Below are positions 1 through 9,212 of a DNA stretch of 64,000 bases, one piece after another. Positions within the stretch are counted from its first letter, which is position 1. Every line of letters starts with the position of its first letter. The notes below the pieces were generated by a model. The model did no database searches and was not told the origin of the DNA. It was given only the letters and a program-made list of their open reading frames with translations. The stretch lies in the NCBI GenBank assembly GCA_026415505.1, contig JAOAGY010000019.1, positions 7,485-71,484 of the forward strand, in the 5' to 3' direction. Origin of the DNA: Chlorobiota bacterium. GTDB lineage: Bacteria > Bacteroidota > Ignavibacteria > Kapaibacteriales > NICIL-2. The position numbers and the translations under genes were made by a program.

Positions 1-1412
1 CATATCCGGTCGTGTTGTATCCATTCGAGGTAGAGCGCGCCGACGTCTGCGAACCTGGTTTGTTTCCACCAGACCCGACGCTCGAACGGGCTGCATCGGT
101 ACTTCGCATCCGTCTGCGCTCACCGAAAGCACCCTTCGCCCAATTTGCTCCATCGCGACTGCGGTTCTACCTGGGCGCCAATAGATCGTTCGCCTACGAA
201 TTGTACGAATTACTCCACACACAACTTCTCGATGTCGGTGTCATTTCTGGTTCGACATCATCGGTGACATGGCTCGGCATCAATAACCTGAGCGAAGTGG
301 GGTTCGGTGAGGACGAGTCGCTGCTCCCATCGCATGGGATTCACATGCAGTACCGTTTGCTTCAGGAATACTTCGCATTGCCGGAAAAATTCCTGTTCGT
401 TGACATCGCACACCTCGATCGCGCCAATCTCGACACCAACGAGCTGGACATTCTCCTGCCACTACACACAGTCCCGTCCGAACACCGCCTGATCACCAGC
501 GATTCGTTCGCGCTCAACTGCACACCGGTCGTCAACCTCTTCCCGAAGATCAGCGAACCAATCTCCGTCGATCATCGCCATGTACAATACCGCCTACTGC
601 CGGACGCGCGACGCGATTTACTGACGGAAGTACATTCGATCCAGATGGTTTCCGGTTCCATGGAGCCTGAAAACGAGCTGGAAGTTCTTCGCCCGTACTT
701 TTCGCTACAACATGGTACGTTCGTCCATTCATCCGACCGTGTGTATTGGTACGCTCGCCGCATGCCGACGTTGCGAAAAGACAAACCCGGCACCGAGGTG
801 TACCTTTCGTTCGTTGATCGGGAATTCCGACCCGCAGCACCTGCCAGTGGCGTCGTTTTTGCACACATTCTCTGCACGAACCGGCACCTGGCGCACAATC
901 TGCCGGAGCGATCGGTGCTCAAGCCGGATATTCCAGGCATTCCGCTTCGGCGCGTCGAGCTCATCCATCAACCGACATCTCAGCTCGATCCGCCGTTGGG
1001 CGGTTCGATTCGGTGGCGCGTCATCTCGCATCTGTCGCTCAACTACCTCTCGTTGACAAACCCGGCGACTGCACTGCCGATACTGCACGAAATGCTCCGC
1101 CTCTACAACGTCGGGAATGCTGCATATCTCGACCGTCAAATCGAGGGCATCGTCGAAGTCAACGTCCGTCCCGTCGTTCGCCGGGTCGGCGACGTTCGAT
1201 CTTTTGGGTATCTGCGCGGTGTCGAAATAGGATTACGCTTCAACGAGGACCTCTTTGCCGGCAGCAGCGCACTGTTGCTTGGGCGTGTATTGCGGGAGTT
1301 TTACCGCCTCTATGAGCAGGTCAATTCGTTTACGACCGTTACTGTCAGTGGTGTTCGACGACAGAGCACATGGAAAGAGTGGCAGCCAGAACTTTCGCAG
1401 TTTTTGGAATGA
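1..1412 (+). CDS. tssF: T6SS baseplate subunit TssF, 5'-truncated by the window edge
   Basis: Frame is open back to position 3. T6SS-i TssF motifs RLRFYL, LLQEYFALPEKFLFVD, LNCTPVVNLF, WRVISHLSLNYLSL. Followed by tssG and clpV. Confidence 0.95.
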   Translation, partial: YPVVLYPFEVERADVCEPGLFPPDPTLERAASVLRIRLRSPKAPFAQFAPSRLRFYLGANRSFAYELYELLHTQLLDVGVISGSTSSVTWLGINNLSEVGFGEDESLLPSHGIHMQYRLLQEYFALPEKFLFVDIAHLDRANLDTNELDILLPLHTVPSEHRLITSDSFALNCTPVVNLFPKISEPISVDHRHVQYRLLPDARRDLLTEVHSIQMVSGSMEPENELEVLRPYFSLQHGTFVHSSDRVYWYARRMPTLRKDKPGTEVYLSFVDREFRPAAPASGVVFAHILCTNRHLAHNLPERSVLKPDIPGIPLRRVELIHQPTSQLDPPLGGSIRWRVISHLSLNYLSLTNPATALPILHEMLRLYNVGNAAYLDRQIEGIVEVNVRPVVRRVGDVRSFGYLRGVEIGLRFNEDLFAGSSALLLGRVLREFYRLYEQVNSFTTVTVSGVRRQSTWKEWQPELSQFLE

Positions 1413-2449
1413 AACCGCTTCGCATACGCCATCGACCGATCGAAGAAGAGCTCCGGCGTGAGCCACAGTCCTTCGAACTCCATCAGGCACTCCGCATTCT
1501 CGAACGCATGCGAGGTGGTACACTAATGCCCGGTGAAACGACACTGTTCGATCGAGAGTGCGTCCGTTTTTCATCACGCGTCAGCAAGGGTTTTCCCCCC
1601 TCGGTCATTGCGGGGTTAGAGAGAAATGCTTCCCCGTCAGAACCGCCAACGTTGACTGTCAACCATCTCGGTTTGGCTGGTGCGCATGGTGTTCTACCAG
1701 AATTCGTCACCGACGAAATTCTCCGCCAACGCAAAACGGGCGAATCACCGCTGCAAGATTTTCTCGATATCTTCAACCATCGGCTCGTTGCATTGCACGC
1801 ACGGGTGCGACGTACCTATCGTCCGACGTACATCAACGTACCACCCGAACGCTCGCCTCTGGCGCGCATCGTGTTCTCCTTGATCGGACTCGGTTTGCCA
1901 GTTGGGCGGAATGCCATGCAGATTGCCGATCGTGAGCTGATCCCCTTTGCGGGGCTGCTGGTCGGTACTCGACGGTCAGTATCAGCAATCGAAGCTATGT
2001 TATCCGAATACACCGGCTGCCGCACGAAGGTCGTTCCCTTTCGTCCCGCCTGGCTGCCTCTGGACCGCCAGACAACGACGCGTATCGGGCATACCGGACG
2101 AAATGCGACACTCGGACAGAATGCGATCTGCGGCATCCGAGCATACAACCCTCTCGATGGATACACCGTTCGCATCGGACCCTGCTCGGCAGCTCGGTTC
2201 GCAGCACTCAAGCCGGGAGGTTCCGAGCACGCAGCGCTGCGCGACCTGATTCGCTTTCTCTTCCACGATGCCGGAACAGTCGAACTGCAGCTCCAGCTCG
2301 AACGCGATGCTGCTCGTCCGGCTCGGATTGGTCGCAGCGTCGAACTGGGGCGCACTGCATGGTTAGCGCCGCACCGTCTCGATCCTGATTCGCCGCATCG
2401 CTTCATCGCAATTGTCCTGGTGTATCGCTGGGACGCCGACCGCCCGTAA
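1409..2449 (+). CDS. tssG: T6SS baseplate subunit TssG
   Basis: ATG at 1409 overlaps the tssF stop (ATGA). Motifs FELHQALRILE, NHLGLAGAHGVLP, DFLDIFNHRL. Confidence 0.93.
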   Translation: MKPLRIRHRPIEEELRREPQSFELHQALRILERMRGGTLMPGETTLFDRECVRFSSRVSKGFPPSVIAGLERNASPSEPPTLTVNHLGLAGAHGVLPEFVTDEILRQRKTGESPLQDFLDIFNHRLVALHARVRRTYRPTYINVPPERSPLARIVFSLIGLGLPVGRNAMQIADRELIPFAGLLVGTRRSVSAIEAMLSEYTGCRTKVVPFRPAWLPLDRQTTTRIGHTGRNATLGQNAICGIRAYNPLDGYTVRIGPCSAARFAALKPGGSEHAALRDLIRFLFHDAGTVELQLQLERDAARPARIGRSVELGRTAWLAPHRLDPDSPHRFIAIVLVYRWDADRP

Positions 2450-2485
2450 CTGTAAAGATTTGTCGAACCACTTCGAACCCTTACA

Positions 2486-5176
2486 ATGGACTCCAACATT
2501 CGCCTGCTGGTCGAACAACTGAACTCGACGTGCCGTCGGGCGCTCGAACAAGCCGCTCAACTCTGCGTCAAGCAAACCCATTATGCCGTAGATATCGAGC
2601 ATTACCTGTTTGCTTTGCTCGAAATGCCTAATACCGATATAGCCGTCATTCTCGACGCATTCCGCATACCGCTTGCGGAAGTCAAAACCAATGTCCTCGG
2701 CGCTCTCGGAAAGCTCAAAGGCGGCAACACACGTACACCGAGTATCTCGAATCATCTTGTCGAGCTGCTCGATCAAGCCCGAAAAATCGTACTGAGTTTG
2801 GGTATGGACAGCATCCGTTCCGGTGCGGTGCTGATGGCACTCTACCGCAGCGACGCATTGCGAACGACGATGGTCGAGATCAGCCCGGCATTGGCGTTCA
2901 TCCAACGGGATGTGCTCTGGCAACAATTACGCGACCTCCTCGAGCGTTCCTATGAAGACCGTCCGGACGCACCACAAGCGGCACCACCTCAGTCCAGCGA
3001 CGGCGGCATTCTCGCCAGCGAATCGCCAGCCGCTCCTCGATCGAACAAGGCACTCGATTCATATACCACCGACCTAACCGCTCAAGCACGTTCTGGCGCG
3101 CTCGACCCTATCGTCGGTCGGGATGCCGAGATCCGTCTGACGATAGACATTTTGACTCGTCGCAGGCAAAACAACCCCATTTTGACCGGTGAGCCGGGCG
3201 TCGGCAAGACAGCAGTCGTCGAAGGATTAGCGCAAAAGATCGCTCGTGGCGATGTACCACCGATGCTACGCGACGTGCGACTGCTCTCGCTCGACATGGG
3301 CTTGCTCCAAGCTGGTGCGAGCATGAAAGGCGAATTCGAAAACCGGCTCAAGCAAGTCATCCAAGAAGTGAAATCATCACCGCAGCCGATCATTCTGTTC
3401 ATTGACGAAGCACATACGCTCATCGGCGCAGGCGGTGCTGCCGGACAGAACGATGCAGCGAACCTTCTCAAACCGGCGCTCGCACGCGGCGAGTTGCGAA
3501 CGATAGCAGCCACGACATGGGCGGAGTACAAGGCATACTTCGAAAAGGACCCTGCTCTGACGCGCCGTTTCCAAGTCGTCAAAATCGAAGAGCCGTCCGT
3601 CGAGAGCGCAATCAATATGCTGCGAGGGATGGTCGAAAAATTCGAGTATCATCACAAGGTGCGCATCCTCGACGACGCGGTCACTCACGCAGTCACGCTC
3701 TCGCATCGTTACTTGCCCGAACGGAAGCTTCCCGACAAGGCACTGTCGGTTCTCGACACAGCCTGCGCGCGGGTAGCGATCACGCAAACATCCGTGCCTG
3801 CTCGACTCGAAGCACTCGACGCCGAAAAAGAATTTCTCGAAAAAGAGCTTGCCTCGCTCGAACGCGAGCACCGTTTGGTACCCCGGCATGCCGAACGCAT
3901 CGAACAATTGCGTGCACTGCTCGACAGCAATCGTCACGAGGCTGCTCTCACAAGCCAGCGATGGGAACGAGAAAAAGAACTCGTCGAGCGGATCGCAGCG
4001 GTTCTGACCCTCATCGAAAGTGCTTCTTCCGATGACGATCTCGGAGCAAAAGCTGCCCAGACAGAAGAGTACAATCGCTTGTCCGCAGAACTCCGCCTGC
4101 TCCAAGCCGACGAGGCGCTCGTGCAACCCTTCGTCGATAGCTACACGATCGCACGTGTCATTTCCGACTGGACGGGTATCCCGGTAGGAAAAATGCTCGC
4201 CGACAATGTTGCTTCGGTTCACCTGCTCGAAGATGCGCTCACCAGACGCATCAAGGGACAGCCGCATGCCATCAGCGCGATCTGTAAACGCATGCGCACC
4301 GCGATGGCTGGACTGAGCGATCCGAACAAACCGACAGCAGTTTTTCTGCTGGTCGGTCCCAGCGGTGTCGGTAAAACCGAAACAGCAATCGCGCTGGCGG
4401 AGGCATTCTTCGGTGGCGAGAAGAATCTCACGGTGATCGCCATGAGCGAATACCAAGAAGCACACACCGTCTCTCTGCTCAAAGGTGCCCCCCCGGGCTA
4501 TGTCGGCTACGGCAAAGGCGGCGTGCTCACCGAAGCAGTCCGGCGCAATCCGTATTCGGTCGTCCTCCTTGACGAGGTCGAAAAGGCTCACCCCGATGTA
4601 TTGGAAATTTTCTACCAAGTCTTCGACAAAGGCATGCTCGAAGACAGCGAAGGCGTAGAGGTCAACTTCAAAAACACGGTAATCTTCCTGACATCGAACC
4701 TGGCAACGGAAACGATCGTCAAGCTCCACACTCGATCGGGTGGTGCAATCGAGATGGAAGAACTTATCGAGGCAATTCGCCCAGAATTGCAGGCGCACTT
4801 CAAACCTGCACTCTTAGGACGCATGGTCGTTGTGCCGTATTATCCACTCGGACAAGCCGAGCTGGCGGAAATTGTCCGACTGAAGATGGCACGCATCCAG
4901 CGATTGTACCGCGAGCGGTACAACGCACCGCTCCACGTCACCGATGGCATTATCGAAGAGATCGCTCGTCGCTGCACCGACCCCGACTCGGGCGCACGCA
5001 ACATAGACAACATTTTGACGCACACAGTCCTTCCCGAACTGTCACAATGCATTCTCGACCGGCTCGCAGCCAAAGAACCTATCGGCGAGATGGTGCTCGA
5101 CATCGGTCAGGACGGGCAGTTTGTCTATCGGACAGGTGACATGATGGCAATCGCCGATCCCCAGCAATACACCTAA
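2486..5176 (+). CDS. tssH: T6SS AAA+ ATPase TssH/ClpV
   Basis: RRRQNNPILTGEPGVGKT, DMGLLQAGASMKGEFENRL and a second Walker A GPSGVGKT, which are ClpV signatures. Lies inside the T6SS locus. Confidence 0.96.
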   Translation: MDSNIRLLVEQLNSTCRRALEQAAQLCVKQTHYAVDIEHYLFALLEMPNTDIAVILDAFRIPLAEVKTNVLGALGKLKGGNTRTPSISNHLVELLDQARKIVLSLGMDSIRSGAVLMALYRSDALRTTMVEISPALAFIQRDVLWQQLRDLLERSYEDRPDAPQAAPPQSSDGGILASESPAAPRSNKALDSYTTDLTAQARSGALDPIVGRDAEIRLTIDILTRRRQNNPILTGEPGVGKTAVVEGLAQKIARGDVPPMLRDVRLLSLDMGLLQAGASMKGEFENRLKQVIQEVKSSPQPIILFIDEAHTLIGAGGAAGQNDAANLLKPALARGELRTIAATTWAEYKAYFEKDPALTRRFQVVKIEEPSVESAINMLRGMVEKFEYHHKVRILDDAVTHAVTLSHRYLPERKLPDKALSVLDTACARVAITQTSVPARLEALDAEKEFLEKELASLEREHRLVPRHAERIEQLRALLDSNRHEAALTSQRWEREKELVERIAAVLTLIESASSDDDLGAKAAQTEEYNRLSAELRLLQADEALVQPFVDSYTIARVISDWTGIPVGKMLADNVASVHLLEDALTRRIKGQPHAISAICKRMRTAMAGLSDPNKPTAVFLLVGPSGVGKTETAIALAEAFFGGEKNLTVIAMSEYQEAHTVSLLKGAPPGYVGYGKGGVLTEAVRRNPYSVVLLDEVEKAHPDVLEIFYQVFDKGMLEDSEGVEVNFKNTVIFLTSNLATETIVKLHTRSGGAIEMEELIEAIRPELQAHFKPALLGRMVVVPYYPLGQAELAEIVRLKMARIQRLYRERYNAPLHVTDGIIEEIARRCTDPDSGARNIDNILTHTVLPELSQCILDRLAAKEPIGEMVLDIGQDGQFVYRTGDMMAIADPQQYT

Positions 5177-5212
5177 CGCAGCAAGAGAAATTCACCATAT
5201 CCGGTTGCCGCA

Positions 5213-7186
5213 ATGGCTGTCACAGTTCCTACGTTCATCCAAATCGAGTGCGCCCCACTCGAAGGAATCCCGACGACATTTGTTTCCTTCGAAGGCACTG
5301 AATACGTTTCGCGACTTTTCGAATACGAGTTGGTACTCCAGTGCGGACGCTACGATCTCGATCCGGCAAAATTCGTCGAGCAACCCATCGTTGTGCGTTT
5401 GTCGCAACAGGCGCTACCGTCGCAAACCCGCCACTGGCGCTCGTTCGTCGGCGTGATCGCAGCATGCCAGTTCGCTACCGACAGCAACGGCATTCTTTTC
5501 CTCCGTATCAAGATTGTTCCTGCACTCGCCCGACTGTCGTTCGCCAAGAACTCACGCATTTTCAAGGAAGCGAGCGTTCCCGAGATCGTCGAAGAGGTGC
5601 TCAAAGTTGCGGGCTTCAGCAGCGGTAGCGACTTTCGCTTCCAGCTCAAAGGCAGCTACAGGAGTCGCCCCTATTGTGTGCAGTACAACGAAAGCGATTT
5701 CGATTTTATCTCGCGCTTGCTGGAAGACGAGGGCATCTTTTACTACTTCGAGCACGACGGCAGTCGCTGTACGGTACACTTCTGCGACACTGTGCAAAGT
5801 TGCGACTATTACCCGACGTTCCAAACAATGCGCTTTCAGATTGCCAAACATCACGATTCAACGAGGCTTGTCTGGCAGCTACCTGTTCTCGAAAGCGAGT
5901 GCCATCGGTTTGCGTGGAACGAACGTCACGTACCATCTGCCACAGCGGTCGGTAACTACAACCACGAAACAGCAAATACCGTCATAAATTTGGCAAGGCT
6001 CAATAAGGGTGTACCAATCTCTGGTGCCGAGATATACGAAGCACCCGTTGCTGTCGAAACACGCGATGTCGCATATCAGACAGCCAATATCCGCGCAGAG
6101 GAGTGGGAATCACGATCGGCGCTCGTCACCGGCGAAAGCACAATCCGTGCGCTCACCGCCGGTTACTTGGTTGATCTAAGCGAGCATGATACCACGTCGT
6201 TCAACCAGACGTACTTTTTGACCGAGGTTCAGCACCGCTGCACTCAAACAGAGTATTCGAACAGCTTCTGCGCACAACCGAGCACCCATCCGTATCGTCC
6301 GGCGCGGCGGACCCCGAAGCCGCGCATTCATGGCTACTTGGTTGGCCGAGTCGTCGGACCGCCCGGCAGCAACGAAGAAATCCATACCAACGAGCATGGC
6401 TGGGTCAAAGTCAAGTTCCCGTGGTCGAAGCCTGGCAACAAAGACGATGCGAACTCTGTTTTTGTCCCTGTTGCCCAATTGTGGGCGGGCAATGGCTACG
6501 GGACGATGTTCATTCCACGCGTCGGCATGGAAGCAGTTGTCGCGTTTCTCGACGGTGACCCTGATCGCCCCGTTGTCATCGGTACGATTTTCAACCCCGC
6601 CGAACCGACTCCGTACGAGCAACCACCCAATCAAAGCGTCAGTACGATTTTGACCCGCTCGACGCCCAATGGCGATGCTGGCAATGAGCTTCGTTTCACC
6701 GACACCAAAAACAGAGAAGAAGTCTATCTCCACGCCCAAAAGGATTGGAACACTCTCGTCGAGAACAATCGAACCACGACGATAAAGCACGACGAAACAC
6801 TCACCGTCAAAAACAAACGCACCGAGACGATCGAAAACGACAATAGCGAGACGTACAAAGCAAACATGACGGTCGAGGTCCAAAAAGACTACACGCTCAC
6901 CATCCACGGAAACTTGAAAATCGCCGTCACGGGCAATATCACAATCGAGACGAATCAGAATCTCGAAGTCAAGGCTCTCCAAAATGCCAAGATGGAGGCG
7001 GGACAAAACCTTGCTCTCAAAGGTAACACAGGCGTCAGCGCCGAATCACTGGCGAGCATGGATCTCAAAGGCATCAACATCAACGTCAACGCCCAAGCAT
7101 CGCTCAAGCAGTCGGGCACCGCACAAGCCGAGCTGAGTTCGGCGGGGCAAACAGCCGTCCGTGGCAGCATCGTGATGATCAACTGA
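5213..7186 (+). CDS. vgrG: T6SS spike protein VgrG, with no C-terminal effector extension
   Basis: YCVQYNESDFDFISRLLEDEGIFYYFEH, GWVKVKFPW, FIPRVGMEAVVAFLDGDPDRP, NELRFTD, YLHAQKDWN, then a beta-helix tail. Confidence 0.96.
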   Translation: MAVTVPTFIQIECAPLEGIPTTFVSFEGTEYVSRLFEYELVLQCGRYDLDPAKFVEQPIVVRLSQQALPSQTRHWRSFVGVIAACQFATDSNGILFLRIKIVPALARLSFAKNSRIFKEASVPEIVEEVLKVAGFSSGSDFRFQLKGSYRSRPYCVQYNESDFDFISRLLEDEGIFYYFEHDGSRCTVHFCDTVQSCDYYPTFQTMRFQIAKHHDSTRLVWQLPVLESECHRFAWNERHVPSATAVGNYNHETANTVINLARLNKGVPISGAEIYEAPVAVETRDVAYQTANIRAEEWESRSALVTGESTIRALTAGYLVDLSEHDTTSFNQTYFLTEVQHRCTQTEYSNSFCAQPSTHPYRPARRTPKPRIHGYLVGRVVGPPGSNEEIHTNEHGWVKVKFPWSKPGNKDDANSVFVPVAQLWAGNGYGTMFIPRVGMEAVVAFLDGDPDRPVVIGTIFNPAEPTPYEQPPNQSVSTILTRSTPNGDAGNELRFTDTKNREEVYLHAQKDWNTLVENNRTTTIKHDETLTVKNKRTETIENDNSETYKANMTVEVQKDYTLTIHGNLKIAVTGNITIETNQNLEVKALQNAKMEAGQNLALKGNTGVSAESLASMDLKGININVNAQASLKQSGTAQAELSSAGQTAVRGSIVMIN

Positions 7187-7198
7187 TGCACACTGCCG

Positions 7199-7837
7199 AT
7201 GGAGCACCTGCAGCGAGCGACATATCCGGATGGCTCCGTCCAAGCGGAAATCAAATGCAGCGACGGGATTCCGCACGGCGAGGCGAACTATTACCACCCC
7301 AACGGGCGACTGCGACTGCGGATGTCGTACCGAAATGGGATCCCCGATGGGGTGGCTGAGGTTTTCGATGAAGATGGTCAGCTCGTCCATCGAATGCAGT
7401 ACGTCGGCGGTGTGCTGGACGGCACTGCTGAGACATTCGCTGCCGGACGGTTGGTGCAACGTGCACAGTATCGCAACGGAAAGTTGCACGGCACACTCGA
7501 AAGCTTCGCACCATCAGGTAAACTGGTCATGAGCGCCGAATATCGAGCAGGTGTCCTCCATGGCGAGCGCCGCTTGTACTCCGACGCCGAACGAATTCTG
7601 CGCTTGGAACACTACGCCGACGGTATGCTCGACGGCGAAACGCTCGTGTACGACGAGCAGGGTGCCATCTCAGAACGACTCTCGTTCAAGCAAGACAAAC
7701 TCGACGGCGTGTGCACACGCTACGACCGCTTGGGCAACATCGTCGAACAAACACGCTACAGCAATGGAGTGCCAGTACCTGTCGACACCCCGTCGGCAGC
7801 AACACACACACAACCAGGAATCTGGGTCGAGCGATAA
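7199..7837 (+). CDS. MORN-variant repeat (YwqK-like) protein
   Basis: About 8 repeats of the type YxNGxLHG..xYxxxGxL. No signal peptide seen. Confidence 0.85.
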   Translation: MEHLQRATYPDGSVQAEIKCSDGIPHGEANYYHPNGRLRLRMSYRNGIPDGVAEVFDEDGQLVHRMQYVGGVLDGTAETFAAGRLVQRAQYRNGKLHGTLESFAPSGKLVMSAEYRAGVLHGERRLYSDAERILRLEHYADGMLDGETLVYDEQGAISERLSFKQDKLDGVCTRYDRLGNIVEQTRYSNGVPVPVDTPSAATHTQPGIWVER

Positions 7838-7947
7838 CGAGCGTTCCTGAATGCTCCTTTCTGCAACGCGGCATGTTGCAATTGCTCTACTTCCAGTACA
7901 ATGGGTCGTATGATCGTAGTTATCGGTATCACAATCTTCGATGCGCG

Positions 7948-8241
7948 ATGCTCCCTGCAGCACGAGTGACAGATATGCACGTGTGCCCTATGATTGATCC
8001 AGGTCCGAACCCTCACGTCGGTGGTCCTATCACAGGTCCGGGGACACCAACCGTTCTCATCGGCGGCATGCCAGCAGCAGCAGCCGGTGATTTGTGTACC
8101 TGTGCAGGCACTCCCGACACGGTTGTCAAAGGTTCGACAACGGTATTGATCGGTGGCAAACCTGCTGTTCGTATGGGTGACCTGACTGCACATGGCGGTA
8201 CCGTCGTGGCTGGCTGTCCGACGGTCATGATCGGCGGCTAA
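7948..8241 (+). CDS. PAAR spike-tip protein, 97 aa
   Basis: MLPAARVTDMHVCPM...PAAAAGD...PAVRMGDLTAHGG...GCPTVMIGG. Start reassigned to ATG 7948; the 7711 start in the ORF track is an upstream extension. Confidence 0.95.
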   Translation: MLPAARVTDMHVCPMIDPGPNPHVGGPITGPGTPTVLIGGMPAAAAGDLCTCAGTPDTVVKGSTTVLIGGKPAVRMGDLTAHGGTVVAGCPTVMIGG

Positions 8242-8294
8242 GTTTGCTGATGCCGAATATTCACGAACGAGGGTATCACTTCGGCACGTTCAAC

Positions 8295-8537
8295 ATGCAA
8301 AAGCGACGTCCGACACTGTTTTCTCGCACAGTGCACACCGGCAAGCGCAGCTATTTTGTGGACGTCGAACAAGTGCGCACTGGAGAAAGGATCGTCTTTC
8401 TCATCGAGTCCCACGGCAAACATCAGACACGGTACCGTGTGCTGATACTTGAGGAAGATTTGCCGCGCCTCGTCGAGGCACTGGATGCTGCCGCGCAATT
8501 TTTGGCGGCGCAACCGAATCGACCGCCCAAGCGCTGA
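8295..8537 (+). CDS. DUF3276 / PUR-like nucleic-acid-binding protein
   Basis: LFSRTVHTGKRSYFVDV...LIESH...RVLILEED resembles the PUR-repeat family. Start reassigned to ATG 8295. Confidence 0.7.
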   Translation: MQKRRPTLFSRTVHTGKRSYFVDVEQVRTGERIVFLIESHGKHQTRYRVLILEEDLPRLVEALDAAAQFLAAQPNRPPKR

Positions 8538-8551
8538 ACAATCGCCGCTCC

Positions 8552-9046
8552 TTACCACGCCCAGCCGAGCGAGGCACCGCCGTAGGGCGCTACGATGACG
8601 TCGCCGCTGCTGCGCAGCAGCAACAACGGCGTCAGCGACAGTCGCAGCACAAAGCCGCCATCGAACGGCTGCAAGCGGTAGCCGAGCGTCAGCGGCACAT
8701 AAAATCGCGGCGTGTGCGCATCGTCCGACGTGCTGTAACCGCCAAGCGTCAACGACATCGCGAACATGCCCAGTCCGGCACCGGCTTCGAGATGATGCGT
8801 TCCGTCGGGATTGGTCAGCACGTAGCCTTGGGCAAACAGCCAGTACGCACGCGTGCCGAATGCGGGATATCCGCCGATGCGCATGCCATATTGCTCGTCG
8901 AGGCGGCGATCGTAGTTGAACGAAAACAGTATCCCCGCGCCCAGTGCTTCGAAATACGCGGCATCCTGAGCCAGAGTTTTCGAAGCATCCGCTGGCGGTG
9001 CTGCCACGGCAGCCACCGAAAGTGCGAGCAAAAGTATCGGTCGCAT
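8552..9046 (-). CDS. Secreted or small outer-membrane beta-barrel-like hypothetical protein
   Basis: Signal peptide MRPILLLALSVAAVAA, AYFEALGAGILFSFNYDR motif, alternating beta-strand pattern, aromatic C-terminus GASLGWAW. Confidence 0.65.
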   Translation of the reverse strand: MRPILLLALSVAAVAAPPADASKTLAQDAAYFEALGAGILFSFNYDRRLDEQYGMRIGGYPAFGTRAYWLFAQGYVLTNPDGTHHLEAGAGLGMFAMSLTLGGYSTSDDAHTPRFYVPLTLGYRLQPFDGGFVLRLSLTPLLLLRSSGDVIVAPYGGASLGWAW

Positions 9047-9212
9047 CGCATATCGCCCCGATTGTTCGACAGGCGAAAATACTTCGGGCGCCGAGCCGCA
9101 CCGGTACTCGAACGTAGCCGAAAGTCGCAGCCGATTCGTCTTCGAACGCAGAGAAGAATTCTCGCTCGCGTCGTAACTTATCGCTCGGTCGTTCAACTGT
9201 TGGAGAATTGCG

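Noticed and set aside
7711-7947. N-terminal extension on PAAR suggested by the ORF track
   Set aside because: It overlaps the MORN gene in another frame, and the PAAR family consensus starts at ATG 7948.
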